Source of the DNA: Leucoraja ocellata
Taxonomy: Eukaryota
Direction: 5' to 3'
DNA length: 64,000 bases
Assembly: GCA_036785375.1 (NCBI GenBank)
Contig: JAWMAR010000361.1
Span: 248,001 to 312,000, forward strand
Part shown: positions 50,702 through 62,993 of the stretch, piece by piece
How positions within the stretch are numbered: the stretch's first letter is position 1
Layout of the letters: each line of letters begins with the position of its first letter
Notes under the pieces: model-generated
The model's database searches: none
What the model was told of the DNA's origin: nothing
What the model saw: the letters and a program-made list of their open reading frames with translations, nothing else
Program-made: the position numbers and the translations under genes

Positions 50702-51760
50702 TTTATTTTAAATATATATTCTCAAACTAGTCGTCATTAGTACTGTTTAACCAGAATATACATTTTTTTAAATGGGGAAAGCTGCATACAGATTATGTAA
50801 CAGTAGAGGTTAGATGCTTTTGCGCTCCTCTAAACAATGCTTATCTTGTAATGGACTAAAAGGGCTGTTGAATTTCCAGTGTGACACTTAATTAGCCCAC
50901 TGCAAGTGGCACTCGAACGAAAGAACAAGAATTTCAGCTGCATTTCAAAAACTGCAAACACAATGCAAATACAAAACCAAGCTCACAAACACTGGGAACA
51001 CACGAGTAGCTCGTTAACTTTGCCCCCTGGATGCCAAACATTTACATTCACTCATGGTCTACTTTTAAAGGGCAGAGCACTTTCTAATGTTTGCAGCGGT
51101 TGAAAGTGATAATTAGCATGTCCTGCCACAAAAGGTTCTTGCTGTTGCCCACTGCATTGTAGCAAAAGTAATTGTTTTCCCCAAATAAAGAATTGATGCC
51201 AAAATTGGTTTCCTACTGATGCAAGATCAGAAGTCCAAGCCAAGCAGCTGAACATGGTTATTACTGAACACACATCTCTTGCCAACCAACACATTGAATG
51301 GCGTTTATATTTCTATAAAAAGTATTTTGTTACACTACTAAAAAACTAGGCTTCCTTTGCAAATATATAGCATATTCACTCCCTTAATTATTCTATGCCA
51401 AACTAGAAATTATTGCCCAATATATTTTTATACCAGCATTAGTTAGTTCAGTTTTTGGCACAAGAGTACATTATTTGATTGCATTAGCTAATAAGTGTAT
51501 ATGTAACAACTAAAATACCTGAAATTGACTTTCAGATGTAAACTCTTGTTAAACAATATCATTCAATTAAAATGGCTGATCAACTTCTAAAGTTGCTGCT
51601 TGGAGTATCTATCTTGTAGCATATCCTTCTCTAAAATATATTTCATTTAATGGATATGTGATTCACTGATAAGATCACTTGGGTTTGATTACATGGTGTT
51701 GTAAAAGAAAAAAATATTAGCCTATCAATCTATTAAACCTAATCGTTTTGAAACAAAAGA

Positions 51761-51948
51761 CAATGCTCTCCATAATATTTGGGACAAAGACCCATCATTT
51801 ATTTATTTGCCTCCCTACTCCACAATTTGAGATTTGTAATAGAAAAAAATCACATGTGGTTAAAGTGCACATTGTCAGATTTTAATAAAGGCCATTTTTA
51901 TACATTTTGGTTTCACCATGTAGAAATTACAGCAGTGTTTATACATGT
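51761..51948 (+). mobile_element. Tc1-like transposon terminal fragment
   Basis: CAATGCTCTCCATAATATTTGGGACAAAGAC resembles CAGTG-starting Tc1 TIRs; no TA TSD or partner end seen. Confidence 0.6.
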
Positions 51949-52545
51949 ATTGCCAGTGTTGGAAATCTTAAATAAAAATAAAAAATGCTGCAAATACTCA
52001 ATAGACGGTATTTGTGGTAAGAGAATCAGGTCAATGTGAAACATTAATTATGTTTCTCTTTAAACAGATGGCTCCTGAACTGGGAACTAATTTTTATTAT
52101 TCTTCGGTGGGAAATGCAAGTTGCTGGAAAGGTCAGTATTTGTTGCATATTCTTAATTCCCTGGAAAAAAGCGAAGATAAACTGGCTCGACATACTGTTG
52201 CAATCTCGATGCTGAAAACACTGAAAGAATGCGGTTTGGTGGGGGAATTTTAGGATTCTGACCTATCATGATCGAGGAATAGCAGTAAACATCCAGGTCA
52301 GAATAACAAGGGCCATGAAGGAAAACAGATTCAAAATAATGGATATTTTTCAGACGAGGAACTGCAGATGCTAGAACATTGAGCAAAACGCAAGAAGTAC
52401 TGAATGAAGTAGGTCAGTGGCTCAGGCAGCATTTGCAGAGGATAAGAATAACAAGAGTCCTGGTAGAGCTTCAGCAATCCAAGGATGGAAAACATCAGAA
52501 CATCACACCTAATGATCTGTTAGATGGTGGAAAGCCTTAGCCATT

Positions 52546-53030
52546 TAGGTTCAAAGGTATTTTATTGTCACGTGTACCATTTAAGGTGCAGTGAAACTCG
52601 ATTTACCAGTCATACCATAAAAAAGAAACAAGACACACAACTACAGAAAAGTTAACATAAACGCCTACCACAGCAGATTCCCCACATTCCTCACTGATGG
52701 AAACATCTACAAGATACAAGATACATTTAATTGTCATTTGGACCCCTTGATCCAAACGAAATGCCGTTTCTGCAGCCATACATTACAAACAAATAGACCC
52801 AAGACACAACATAATTTACATAAACATCCATCACATTGCTGTGATGGAAGGCCAAAATAAACTTATCTCTCCACTGCACTCCCCCCCCCCCACCCCACCC
52901 TCACCCCCCCACACACACACCCCAACAAAAAATAACAAAAACTACATAAAAACATAGACAGAAAATAATAAAACGCGGACAGACTGCAGAGGCCGCTGCT
53001 GACGAGAGTCGCGCCGCCCACCGGTTCTAA
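52546..53030 (-). mobile_element. Two adjacent related non-LTR retroelement 3' ends
   Basis: tttattgtcacgtgtacc...caagacacac...acataaac...tgatggaa, repeated in diverged form after caagatacaagatac (52710-52850). Confidence 0.55.
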
Positions 53031-53354
53031 TCTCCTTCCCTCTTTATTCTCCCGCGGTCATGGCAGCCAAACCATCCACAGCACCCGCAGCTGGAGATCG
53101 AAGGCGGCTCACTTATCTCAGGATACACGGGCTCTAATATGTTGGTTTGATTAAATTTGTAGTCAATGACAAATAATAGGATATTTATAAAGGCAGTTAG
53201 ATTGTTAATATTGTTGACTGCCAAGGAGACATGGTTAGACTTTCTCTTGTTGAACTCTTATTGGAACATATGTATCAGTTGTCAATCCATGTGTAAATTT
53301 TGTTCAGGCACCAAGTTGGCAGGCAGGTCCAACAAGTGTTGCCATGTTGGCCAT

Positions 53355-53945
53355 CACTACATAAGGGTTGGAGTTTAAGAATAGGGAGGTTGTGCTGCAG
53401 TTGAACAGGGTGTTGGTGAGGCCACGGCTGAAGTACACAATTTTAGTTCCTTTACCTAAAAAAAGAATATGGCATGATTGGAGGTAGTCCAACAGATTCA
53501 AGCTGAAGCCGCGGATGAGCGGGGTGTCTCCACAGGATATTTTGGGTCTGTATTCCTTGGAGTTTAGAAGACTGAAGAGTGACTTACTCCAACAGTACAT
53601 TAACCTAAGGGGAAATAGACATTGAGATATTCTCAAGATTGGGAAAGTGATGAACAAGGGGACAAAGTTCCAAACTAAAGGGCCAGTCTCTGAAGCACAG
53701 AGAAATATCTTCCCTCAGAGATTTGGGAATCTTTGGAATTCTCTGATCCAAGGGTGGTGGAGGCCATTATAAAAATATTTAGGGTATAGATAGATATTTG
53801 AAAGATTGAGGGAGTTTGGGTTTCAGGGAACACGCACAGAGAGAGATTGAGGCCAGTGGAGGTCAGCCACCATCATACTGAATGATGGACCAGGCTTGAG
53901 TGGCCTAGTAGCTGACTACCCAACCCCAGCTCCTATTTTCTTGTG
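53355..53945 (+). mobile_element. CR1-like LINE 3' portion
   Basis: ttggtgaggccacggctgaagtac (LVRPRLKY, from LVRPHLEY)...tattccttggagtttagaagactga...cagccaccatcatactgaatg...ctcctattttcttgtg. Confidence 0.75.
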
Positions 53946-56078
53946 TTTAAGTTAAACACAACAACATCCTGTGACATGCATTTGATGATGGATAATAAAT
54001 GTGAATTTTAAAAAGAGACTATTATTTTGAAGGATGCTTTCCATAACCCCATGCTGGTCCCAAGATGGCTGGCAAAACATTTGTCAAAATTGCAGCAGAC
54101 TAACTTTTACAAGTAATCAACACCAACTTGCGTTTGAGGTTTATTTCTGAGATACGAGCTGAGAAACACAAGGAAAACTTCAGTTAGTACAACCATATAC
54201 TTGACAAACTTCTGAAAGGGAACATGGTGTCTCAACTGAATGGTTCATATTAAAGTTGCCAATTGTCTCAGTGCAACAGTCCCTCAAGACTCAGGGTGTC
54301 TGGAGTGGTCCTTTATCCCATGACTGAGATTGAAAAAGGAAAATGTTATCATTGAGTCGTGATGCAAGCAAAAGGGGGAAGTATAAGAGTTTTGGCACTA
54401 TCATGCAACAATGTTGTGATTAAAGGCCCCAAGAACCTAGAATAACAAGGTAAACAATAAGGCAACATTTAGAGCACATAAAAAGGTTTCAGAAAGTTGG
54501 TGGATCAGTTCATGAAAGCTAGTTTGACAAGTTAGAAACAACAATTCTACGTTTAAGTATAACTCACAGACAACCCAGAAAATTATGGCTTAAATGATAG
54601 TCTTTCCTGTGTTCTTTTACTTAACTAGTTTTTCACATTTTGATCACCTGGAATGCTTTTGTTCTCAGTGCAATGATTATTTGTGAAGCAAGACCTTGGC
54701 ACAAGATCTGTCAATTTTACATACAGCTGCTGAGATCAATCGCACAGGTATCAATGTAATCTTAAAATTATGATTCAGTCAGAGAACCAGTCACTTAACC
54801 AACTCATATTGATTCAAACTTACCTGTATTATTTTAAACAAAATATCGGGAAAATTTAAGAATTTAATAAAGATATCAAACTTTGATCTTGTATTCTTCA
54901 CACATTGATTATAACAGAGTGAAAAGATGTGGGGATGTGCTTGAGGTAATTCTACTAAAATAAATTAATGTAGGACTGTCTTGTCATTAAATATATAAAA
55001 CTTCAATCTGAGGTAAACTGCCTGCGTGACACTGTTAAATAAATTATACCAATCATTTGGAATTTTGCCAATTGGATTAAGAAACAACATTTATTCTACC
55101 AACATCTTGTGGCAAATGTCAGTTTGGCTGCAGACAGCCAAAATAAATGAAATATGTTTCAATCACAAAAGGACATACTTTTGCCTGATAACAGGATAAC
55201 AATTGAATAACAAGCAGCAAATCAAAAGGCTTGATTGAGACTATAGATTACAAATGAGGCCGTTTATGACAGTTAGCTGAGCAGTGAACTTAAATTGTTA
55301 CCCAAAATTTAGAGCCAGGCATTTATCATATGGTTAAAAGATGTGTACAGGTCAGATAATAGCAGAGAACTAGATGTTTCTGAGTCTGGTGATAAGTGGT
55401 GATTTGTGTACTTTACTGCTCTGGAAGAATTTTCTCTCTAGTTTACACAATTTTATAGTTTATCAAATAAAATGATAAATTAAAGACAAGAATTCACAAG
55501 ATGTATTGACACAATGACTTCAAGATGCAGTTTCATTACAACAGCATGAAACCACCAAGGAATATTTTGATATGTCGCTATCACGATCACTTCATCGACT
55601 GTGATTCAAGGCAGCATGATTGCTTAAGGCAACCTGTCTGACTAAAGCCATGCAGACTTTGCTGAGGTCAATCAGATATTTCTATCCAACTTCTGTGAAA
55701 TACGGCTCACCACCATGAGCAAAGGCTGTCAAAAAAGATTCCCTACGGCTCAGGAAATGTCTACTTTTGTTTTTTTGCAGTCCTGCTGGTAGCCATCGTT
55801 TTTCCGACACTTGGAAAACTTTGTAATATCATTTGGAAGAAAACAAATTTCATCTTCCGTCCAGTGATGCACACAATGCAGCCGGAGTGAGAAACTAACA
55901 CAACCAGCTGCAGATCTTGGCTCAAAATGGAAATGCTGATTGTGCCAATACAGTACGAGAAATCGTTATACTTAGTCAAATGGAGTTCATTCATCTTCAA
56001 TCAAGTTTTCACTGAAACTTCAAAATAAATTGCGGTGGAACTTGCATTTCTGAATTACAACCCAGATGATAATTAATT

Positions 56079-56190
56079 GAAGATAGACACAAAATGCTGG
56101 AGTAACTCAGTGGGACATCTCTGGACAGAAGGAATGGGTGATGTCTTGGGTCAAGACCCTTTGTCAGACTGAAAGTCGGGGGAGAGGGAA
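56079..56190 (-). mobile_element. Decayed PLE terminal repeat
   Basis: gaagatagacacaaaatgctggagtaactcag...gggtcaagaccctttgtcagact. Confidence 0.75.
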
Positions 56191-56584
56191 ATGCTGTTTG
56201 AATTCTCATGCAAGTGTTATATTGTACACTCTAGAGCTATGATTTGCCTATTAACCTTTGGGGAAAGCAAAAATCCAGACCTCTCAAGTATAAACCCAAG
56301 TTCATTACTGTGGGAGGAAATGTTACATGACGAAATCGGTGGTAAACTCAGATCTCCCAGATGTTCAGTTGTGATTCTGGGCAATCTTCCCTTCAGGTGC
56401 AGAAAAAAAAAGTAGAAATCTATACATGGGCAATCATTTGGGTTATTGTTAAGATAAAACTAAAAGCTGAGCAAAGCTGAGAGATATTTTATTGTTTGAA
56501 TCAAGTAAGACGGCAGTACACATTTTTTCTTTGTGCTTTCATATAACATACTGACTAAGATAATGTATGTGATTGGACTAAAAT

Positions 56585-56800
56585 ATAGAACATAAAACAG
56601 TACAGCACAGGAATGGTCCTTTCAGTCCACAATGTTTGTGCTGAACATGATGCCTAACTGAGTGGATTTCACCTGTCTGAACATGATCCATATCCCTCTA
56701 TTCAAGATACAAGATAGATTTATTCATCACATGTGCCAGATGGCACAGTGAAATGAAATGCCCTGCACTTCCATGTGCCTATCTGAAAGCCTCTTCAACA
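56585..56800 (-). mobile_element. CR1-like tail interrupted by a short retroelement 3' end (56702-56760)
   Basis: tagaacataaaacagtacagcacagg...atatccctctatt | caagatacaagatag...gaaatgaaatg | ccctgcacttccatgtgcctatc. Confidence 0.65.
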
Positions 56801-57156
56801 CCAGTTCTATAACAACTTTTAAATGTCTAGTTTGCATAAATTTACCTTTGAAATAAAAAAGTCACATTCTTACTAATCACAAGAAGATTGTAAAATTAGA
56901 GATTAAAGAAATATTTATTGAACAGTTCAGGTCACAAGGGATACCAGGTTATCTCTTTGTACTATTACATACAGCTCAGCTGATGTCACCTTTTATGAAA
57001 TTAAAGTTACAAATTACTTATTGGTGTGACTGATTCTACTGTGTACAAGAAATTAATGACAATGGCACCTGAATTTTACAAATCAGCTGAATTCATTCAG
57101 AAGCATTTTATTTTGATTTAAGTCTCAACATGAAGTGCATGCCGATTTGTCATTAC

Positions 57157-57350
57157 GCAAAATGCTGGAGGAATTCAGCATGTCTGGCAGCAAATGGGGA
57201 TGGAAATGGGCAAGCAACATTTTGCATCAGAACCCTTCTTCAGACTGATTCAGTCTAACGAAAGGTCTGGACCCAAAACATGGCTGCCCTATTTCGCTCC
57301 CCAAATGCTGCCAGACCCGCTGAGTTCCTTCAGCATTTTGCTCAAGATTC
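57157..57350. mobile_element. Foldback PLE terminal-repeat element
   Basis: ~92-bp imperfect arms gcaaaatgctg...cagcattttgc centred on AGACTGA-T-TCAGTCT (57242-57256). Confidence 0.8.
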
Positions 57351-58162
57351 CTCAGTCTCATGTGTCTTCATGTTATTTTGTCGAGTCAGCCATCTTTCTG
57401 ATGAATAACTTTATAAAGTTCATATCAGCACTTCAAATGAGCACAAACATTCCATAATGTTATTCAAAGATAATCTGGAAATGTAATGTTCCAGCCGTTA
57501 CCTGGCCTTGGTAGTTGGCAAAATGGTCATTTATGTCATCTGCTGCTGGTGGGACTTGACAAAGTTCAAACCTTGCAGTTGACTACATAACAATAACTAG
57601 CTTCAGATTTCCTTCAACTGTTACAAAGCATTTTGATACAACTCGAGGCCAGGTAAACACAAACTTCATTGCTTGTTAATATTCATTATAATATACATAT
57701 AAGATTTAATCGAGAGAAATCAGGAGTACAAATCTTTAACAACAGAAAATTATGAACAAAATTAATCATCTGCTTCAAAGTTATACTATTAAATGCAGAG
57801 ATGCAAGGTACCCAGAGTATAGCCTCTTCCTTACTTAAAATGACCAACCCCTTATAATGCTCATTATACAACTAAAGCATAAAAACAAAATATCCTGAGC
57901 TTCTTATGACAGAATGGCAGGAAATATCACGTGATTACTTAATTTTTGTCAGATTTTCAAAGACTATTTATTTTAAATGAACAACAAAGATATTAGATTA
58001 TTTTAAGTGGGAGCAACATTGAAAATTATGTTTTAATGGTGAAGGTTTACTCACTCAGCATTGCCATACACACACCAACATGATTTCCTACCCAGGAAGG
58101 TGTGATTCTGTAAAACAAATGCTCTGTTTTTTGCCTGGTGTGTGTTAAAATGAATGACTCAC

Positions 58163-58287
58163 CTGATTAATGGAGTTGGCAGCACAGGAAGCAAGGCCTG
58201 TTCCAAGAGTGGCGAGAAGCAAACAGCTAAGGTCGAAGGGTACAGGTGCCATTGCGAATCCAGCCGTCGCAGTGGTTGCAACTAACG
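58163..58287 (-). CDS. COX10: COX10 internal exon, 125 bp (equivalent to human exon 4); not in ORF track
   Basis: tttatttcAG|CG TTA GTT...ATT AAT CAG|GTGAGT. Encodes (A)[41 protein letters not shown] and joins in frame to FFEVPFD. Confidence 0.96.
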
Positions 58288-58931
58288 CTGAAATAAACAG
58301 GAAACAGGAAGAAAATAAATCACTTATAATTTCATTATCACCTTATTTCAGTTACTTCTATGATCGTTGAAAAGTTAGTCAAAAATGTTTGATATCCCTT
58401 TCAATGTTTGTTCAATTTATGTTGAATCTTTGCAGACTATTTATGGTATTCATTATCAAAATGAGTCTGGGTAGATATTGGGATAATTTGGAGAAATGTT
58501 AGTTTAAGACTAATCCATGATTGGGCCAGCTATCACCATGATCAGTTTTCTTTTATGTATTCACAAAATATTTAAAATAATAGATTCCCTATGTGTTAAG
58601 TACAAAAAAGTACATAGAAAATAATTAAAAACACTAACCCTCAGCTACAGAGGTCTAGTTCAAAAATGTCATTCTCAGCAACTAACACTTCCAGAGCATG
58701 CACCATTTTGAAGCACTTTGGAAATAATTATAAATTAAAATGGCACAGGGCTACGTAGAACTTTGCTGTTTTTTTTAGGATTTCCTTAAGTCAGTTGATT
58801 GAGAGAGTTTCGTGGAATCTTCAATCTGTACTTTTTCGATTTTGTGGTCAACAATTCAAGCTATCCTTATTCATAATAATGTTGAGTCTGGAATATTGCA
58901 GAACTGTCTGAAGGGTCTCGACCCAAAACAT

Positions 58932-59345
58932 CAGCCGGGGCCTGGGTCAGCGCTAGGGTGGCATCTGGAGAGGTCCCGGCGGCAATAGGAGAGGCGTGGA
59001 GTAGTGTGGAGTTGCGCACGGTATCGCGCGGCGTGCCAGGATTTCGTGCTGCACAAAATCCTCGCGCGCCACCTGCGTAACGTATCGCTGACGCATTGGG
59101 TACGCACGCTGACGCATTGGGTACGCACCCTGGCATCCCGACGTCTTACGTGTATCGCGTGGTGACGCATGGTTACGTCACCGTGCGAAAACATGCGTCG
59201 CCGCGCGCTGCAGGGAAATTATGAAATCACCAGATGAGCACCAGACGGCATGATGACGCGTGATTTGCGCGCTACTTCGCACGTAACGACGCAGCGACCT
59301 ATTTTACATATGACGAGTAAATGAGGCGCAAATGGGACAGGCCCT
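58932..59345. mobile_element. CpG-rich PIF/Harbinger-type element, one terminus preserved
   Basis: Ends CGAGTAAATGAGGCGCAAATGGGACAGGCCCT, close to the reverse complement of the 32173 terminus; contains a 21-bp tandem duplication at 59086-59127. Confidence 0.7.
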
Positions 59346-59346
59346 A

Positions 59347-59475
59347 AAGAAACAACTGCAGATGCTGGTTTAAACCAAAGATAAACACAAAAAGTTGGAG
59401 CAACTCTGTGAGACAGGCAGCATCTCTGGAGAGAAGGAATGGGTGACGTTTCAGGTCGAGATCTTTCTTCAGATT
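59347..59475 (-). mobile_element. PLE terminal repeat with hammerhead core
   Basis: Minus strand reads aatCTGAAGAAAGATCTCGACCTGAAACGTCaccc. Confidence 0.8.
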
Positions 59476-59796
59476 AGGAATAACAAAGGGAATAACGTTT
59501 AGCATAGTTAGAAAGGCTGCTTTTGGGTAGAGATTTAAAAGTGTGGAGTGATTGTAATGTGTAATTGCAGATCCACTTCAGTGACGAGCACACAATGAAT
59601 TGCCTGGTTTGTGTGTCATCTTGGATCGCAATGGGCTTTATTTAGGTCTGCTAATTTAAGCAAAGTCACAAAGATTCCTTCCTTCCTTACGGCACCCATC
59701 TTTTCATTCAGAGAAAGGTGGTAGAGATATTGAATGGGGTACAAACTGATAGAGGAGGTACTGGAAACTGTGTTCAATGGGTGCCATCCAATGTTA

Positions 59797-59955
59797 TAGA
59801 CAATAGACAATAGGTGCAGGAGTTGGCCACTCGGCCCTTCGAGCCAGCACCGCCATTCAATGTGATTATGGCTGATCATTCACAATCAGTACCCCGTTCC
59901 TGCCTTCTCCCCATATCCCCTGATTCCGCTATCTTTAAGAGCTCTATCTAACTCT
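59797..59955 (-). mobile_element. CR1/HER1-like LINE 3' end
   Basis: tagacaatagacaataggtgcaggagttggccactcggcccttcgagccagcaccgccattcaat. Confidence 0.78.
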
Positions 59956-60139
59956 TTGCTTTGCTGTTGCTTTGAGAGGGGAGGGTTTAAGTTGCAGAAG
60001 GGCTTGTCACATTCTTGCTAACTGCCCTTGGTGCAGGAAAGACACCAGCGCAACTGGTAACATGCTCAAAAAATGATGTATGACATGCCAGGCATTACAG
60101 GCCAGTGTGTTTAGCTGCAGGTGTGAGGAAGCTTTTTAA

Positions 60140-61050
60140 AATAATCAATATGGACTGGCACTTGGAAAAGTTTCAATTGATAAAGCAGATTTATTAGGTT
60201 GGATTAACTTGAGTGATTGCTTTCCGATCAAGGCAATGGGGTGGATGAGATCTGGTTAAGTCTCACACAAAAGGTTAATTAGTAAAATTGAGGCAAAATA
60301 AATTAAAGGGTCACTGGGATTGGAAATAGGCTTCAAAAGAAAAAGCAAATGACTTGGCCATGGATGTGCAGGATAACATTTTGCAAACTCCCAAGTGACA
60401 CAAAGGTTTTGAGTGTGTGGACAGTAGCAGACTGCAGAACGACAGGGATACGTATGTTATCAGAACAGGCAGATAAGTGCAGCTGAAAACTAACACAAGT
60501 GTGAAGTGATAGATTATTGCGGACACAAACGAGACGGTACTCCAGTTCTGGTAAATGTTAAAGTTCTGAAGGGTGTCAAGTTACAGATGGTTCTGGGTGT
60601 ACATGCGCATAAATCACTGAAAGAAATAGCTATAACATTTGCAATCCTGGCAGTGTTAAATAGGGGTTGGAGGTTAGAAAAGCAAGGAAATTATGTTCAA
60701 CTTGGACAAAACACTGGCGGGGCAACAAATCTAGAGCATTGTGACAAATTCACAGTTGCACACGCCAAGGTCTGCAAGCTTCCTTTAAATGATGCAGAAG
60801 AGATTTATTAGAATAGTGTAGAGATGGAGTATTTCAGCCAAAATGGAGGACCTGAGATCAAGATCTTTGATGAAAATGCAGAGATTGAAGTCTCCATGAC
60901 TGGATTACATAGGGTAAGAAGGCAGAGATATTGAAGTTAGCAGACAGTTCATGGACCGAGGGAAACACTTTTAAAGATACAAGGGAGTAATAGAAATCAC
61001 TCCCTGAATAAGATGTCAAAAATCGAATCAATTCAAATAACATTTGGATA
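60140..61050 (+). mobile_element. Old, deleted CR1-like LINE ORF2 remnant
   Basis: Decayed blocks in CR1 order: tctcacacaaaaggttaattagtaaaattg, tggcagatg-like/gataagtg, ctgggtgtacatgcgcataaatcactgaaag, gtgcagagaagattta-like. Confidence 0.55.
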
Positions 61051-61456
61051 GGTAATAGACAGAGTAATAGACTCTGTAAAATAAGGCTCAGTCTCCCCGA
61101 GATAATTGTGCCTCTGAGATGAATGGTTTCTTCCTTGTTTATGATTTAAGTTATTTTTCCCTTTTAAAACAAATTGCCATACTTTCTCCAGCCTCTACAG
61201 CAACACACTCGTCTCTCTAATTTGTGTTAGAAGTTTTTTGAATTTCATATTCAGTTAAGAAGATAGTTACAACACTCTGTTGGAATATGATGATATCCAA
61301 TCCATCATTTTCTACATGAGCAGAAGCCAGGTAATTATTGAGTTCTCCCATGAAGGGTTTGTTTGGTATGTTGGAGACCAGCTAGCATTATTGCAATTGA
61401 TTGCTGACAACTTTATGGATCATTCAAAGTTACCACTTAAGATACCACTAAAGTGT

Positions 61457-61553
61457 TATCTGAAGAAGGGTTTCGGCCCGAAACGTTGCCTATTTCCTTC
61501 GCTCCATAGATGCTGCCTCACCCGCTGAGTTTCTCCAGCATTTCTGTCTACCT
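61457..61553 (+). mobile_element. PLE terminal repeat with intact hammerhead core boxes
   Basis: CTGAAGAAGGGTTTCGGCCCGAAACGTTgcc at 61460-61490; stem I 5' strand not preserved; triplet is GTT. Confidence 0.8.
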
Positions 61554-61942
61554 GCAATTACAACTTGTGTCCAGCACAGTTACAAAACCAGATTTATAAT
61601 GCCTTCATGATCTTATCTTCTATTGATAGGCATACATAAAAGGAGAGCATACTGTGATCAGCTTCTAACGGTAAATACTTTCAAGAAAATTGGGTACGAT
61701 ACTTCAATGTTTGGGGCTCAGTCATGCATGTTAGTCACTCCTGTATTTGTTTGAGGCCAAGGAAATCAGGTAATGTTTGCTTATGTATGCAAATGCATAA
61801 AGCACTGATAAGACACCCAATGTTCAACTTTTATACTTTGCATAACATCAAAACTTTCTCGCAGATTCGCTTTTGACTACAAATGGTTCATATCTTATTA
61901 GACTAATTGGTTGCAATAATGAGCAATACTTTTCTCCTGCAC

Positions 61943-62068
61943 AGGAAGGAACTGCAGATGTCGGCTTACACTGAAGAGATACAAAATGCTGGAGTAACTC
62001 AGCAGGACAGGCAGCATTTCTGGAGAGAAGAAATGGGTGGCGTTTCGGCTTGAGACCCTACTTCAGAT
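61943..62068 (-). mobile_element. PLE terminal repeat, core mutated
   Basis: Minus strand reads atCTGAAGTAGGGTCTCAAGCCGAAACGCCaccc. Confidence 0.78.
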
Positions 62069-62718
62069 AGCTGAAAAAAAATCAACTGTGGCACTGAACA
62101 ATTGGTGAGTTTTAAAGGCATCCTGACCGATCGAACACCCTCTTTGATCCTGAAAATGTAACTTTATAAGTGTATCATTTAATTCCTTTTGAAACAAAGC
62201 TTTTTGTTTTAAATGTTTAAATCTTTTATTTCCTCCCCAGTAATTGGATTTTCCCAATCTTTATTCTATTCTGATTTACATTTCCTACTGAAGGCTTCCG
62301 CTTTTGGACTTTGCTGATCACAGAAAGGATTCTATAGTTTGATTGTGTAGAGAACGTGTCGATTCTGTGATTCTTCGCCTGGTCCCATCCTTGTACTTCC
62401 AATGTAGAATGCCTGCACGAGCTTGGTAGCTGAATTTTAAATGGAATGTTGATGCCCAAGAGAACTTTGTGACACTGTTCAGCTGGATGAATATCAAGTG
62501 CAATTCCTTCATTGCTAATTAGAAAATACAACTCATCAGAAGTTTTGCGTGAATCATTATTTTTCTGGTGATCGTTTAGTATCCGATGTTTCCTCACCAC
62601 CAGTAATATTATGTGTGGCATCAGGTTGGCAGTTTGCTCTCTGACCATGTCAGATTTAAGACCGTTCTAGAACGCATGGAAGAATTGCAAGTCATCAATC
62701 TCCCTGCTAATTATTGTC

Positions 62719-62993
62719 ACGTGGAGGCACAGTGCCTTACAGCACCAGAGGCGCAGGTTTGATCCTGACTACGGGTGCTGTCTGTACGGAGGTTGTACAT
62801 TCTCCCTATGACATGTGTAGGTTTTCTCCAGGAAGCTGTGGTTTCCTCTCACAGTCCAAAGACATACAGGTTTGTAGGCTAATTGGCTTGGTATAAATGT
62901 AAATTGTCCCTGGTGTTAGTATAGAGGGATTGCCGGTGGGTGTGGATTCGATGGGCCGAAGAGCCCGTCTCTGCGCTGTATCTCTAAACTAAA
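62719..62993 (+). mobile_element. HE1-like V-SINE
   Basis: gccttacagcaccagag...tttgatcctgactacgggtgctgtctgtacggag...gctgtatctctaaactaaa. Confidence 0.85.

Larger units (their letters stand above)
12640..58162 (-). other. COX10: COX10 intron (~45.5 kb) between the 125-bp and 71-bp exons
   Basis: GT..AG ends. Splicing gives the contiguous NSINQ|FFEVPFD motif, so no intervening coding exon is required. Confidence 0.92.

Noticed and set aside
52997-53025. CTGACGAG as another hammerhead core
   Set aside because: No stem II or downstream GAAA box follows.
58170-58370. Plus-strand 66-aa ORF
   Set aside because: It is the antisense shadow of the 125-bp COX10 exon.
59086-59127. 21-bp direct repeat as a possible CRISPR-like array
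   Set aside because: Only two abutting units with no spacers, inside a transposon in a vertebrate intron.
700-62896. The many short ORFs in the track, including 41007-41606 (199 aa), 48899-49381 and 44359-44814
   Set aside because: They resemble no protein I recognise, and many are read-throughs of SINE/PLE repeats. Only the ORFs overlapping COX10 exons (86-505, 4685-4918) and retroelement fragments are meaningful.
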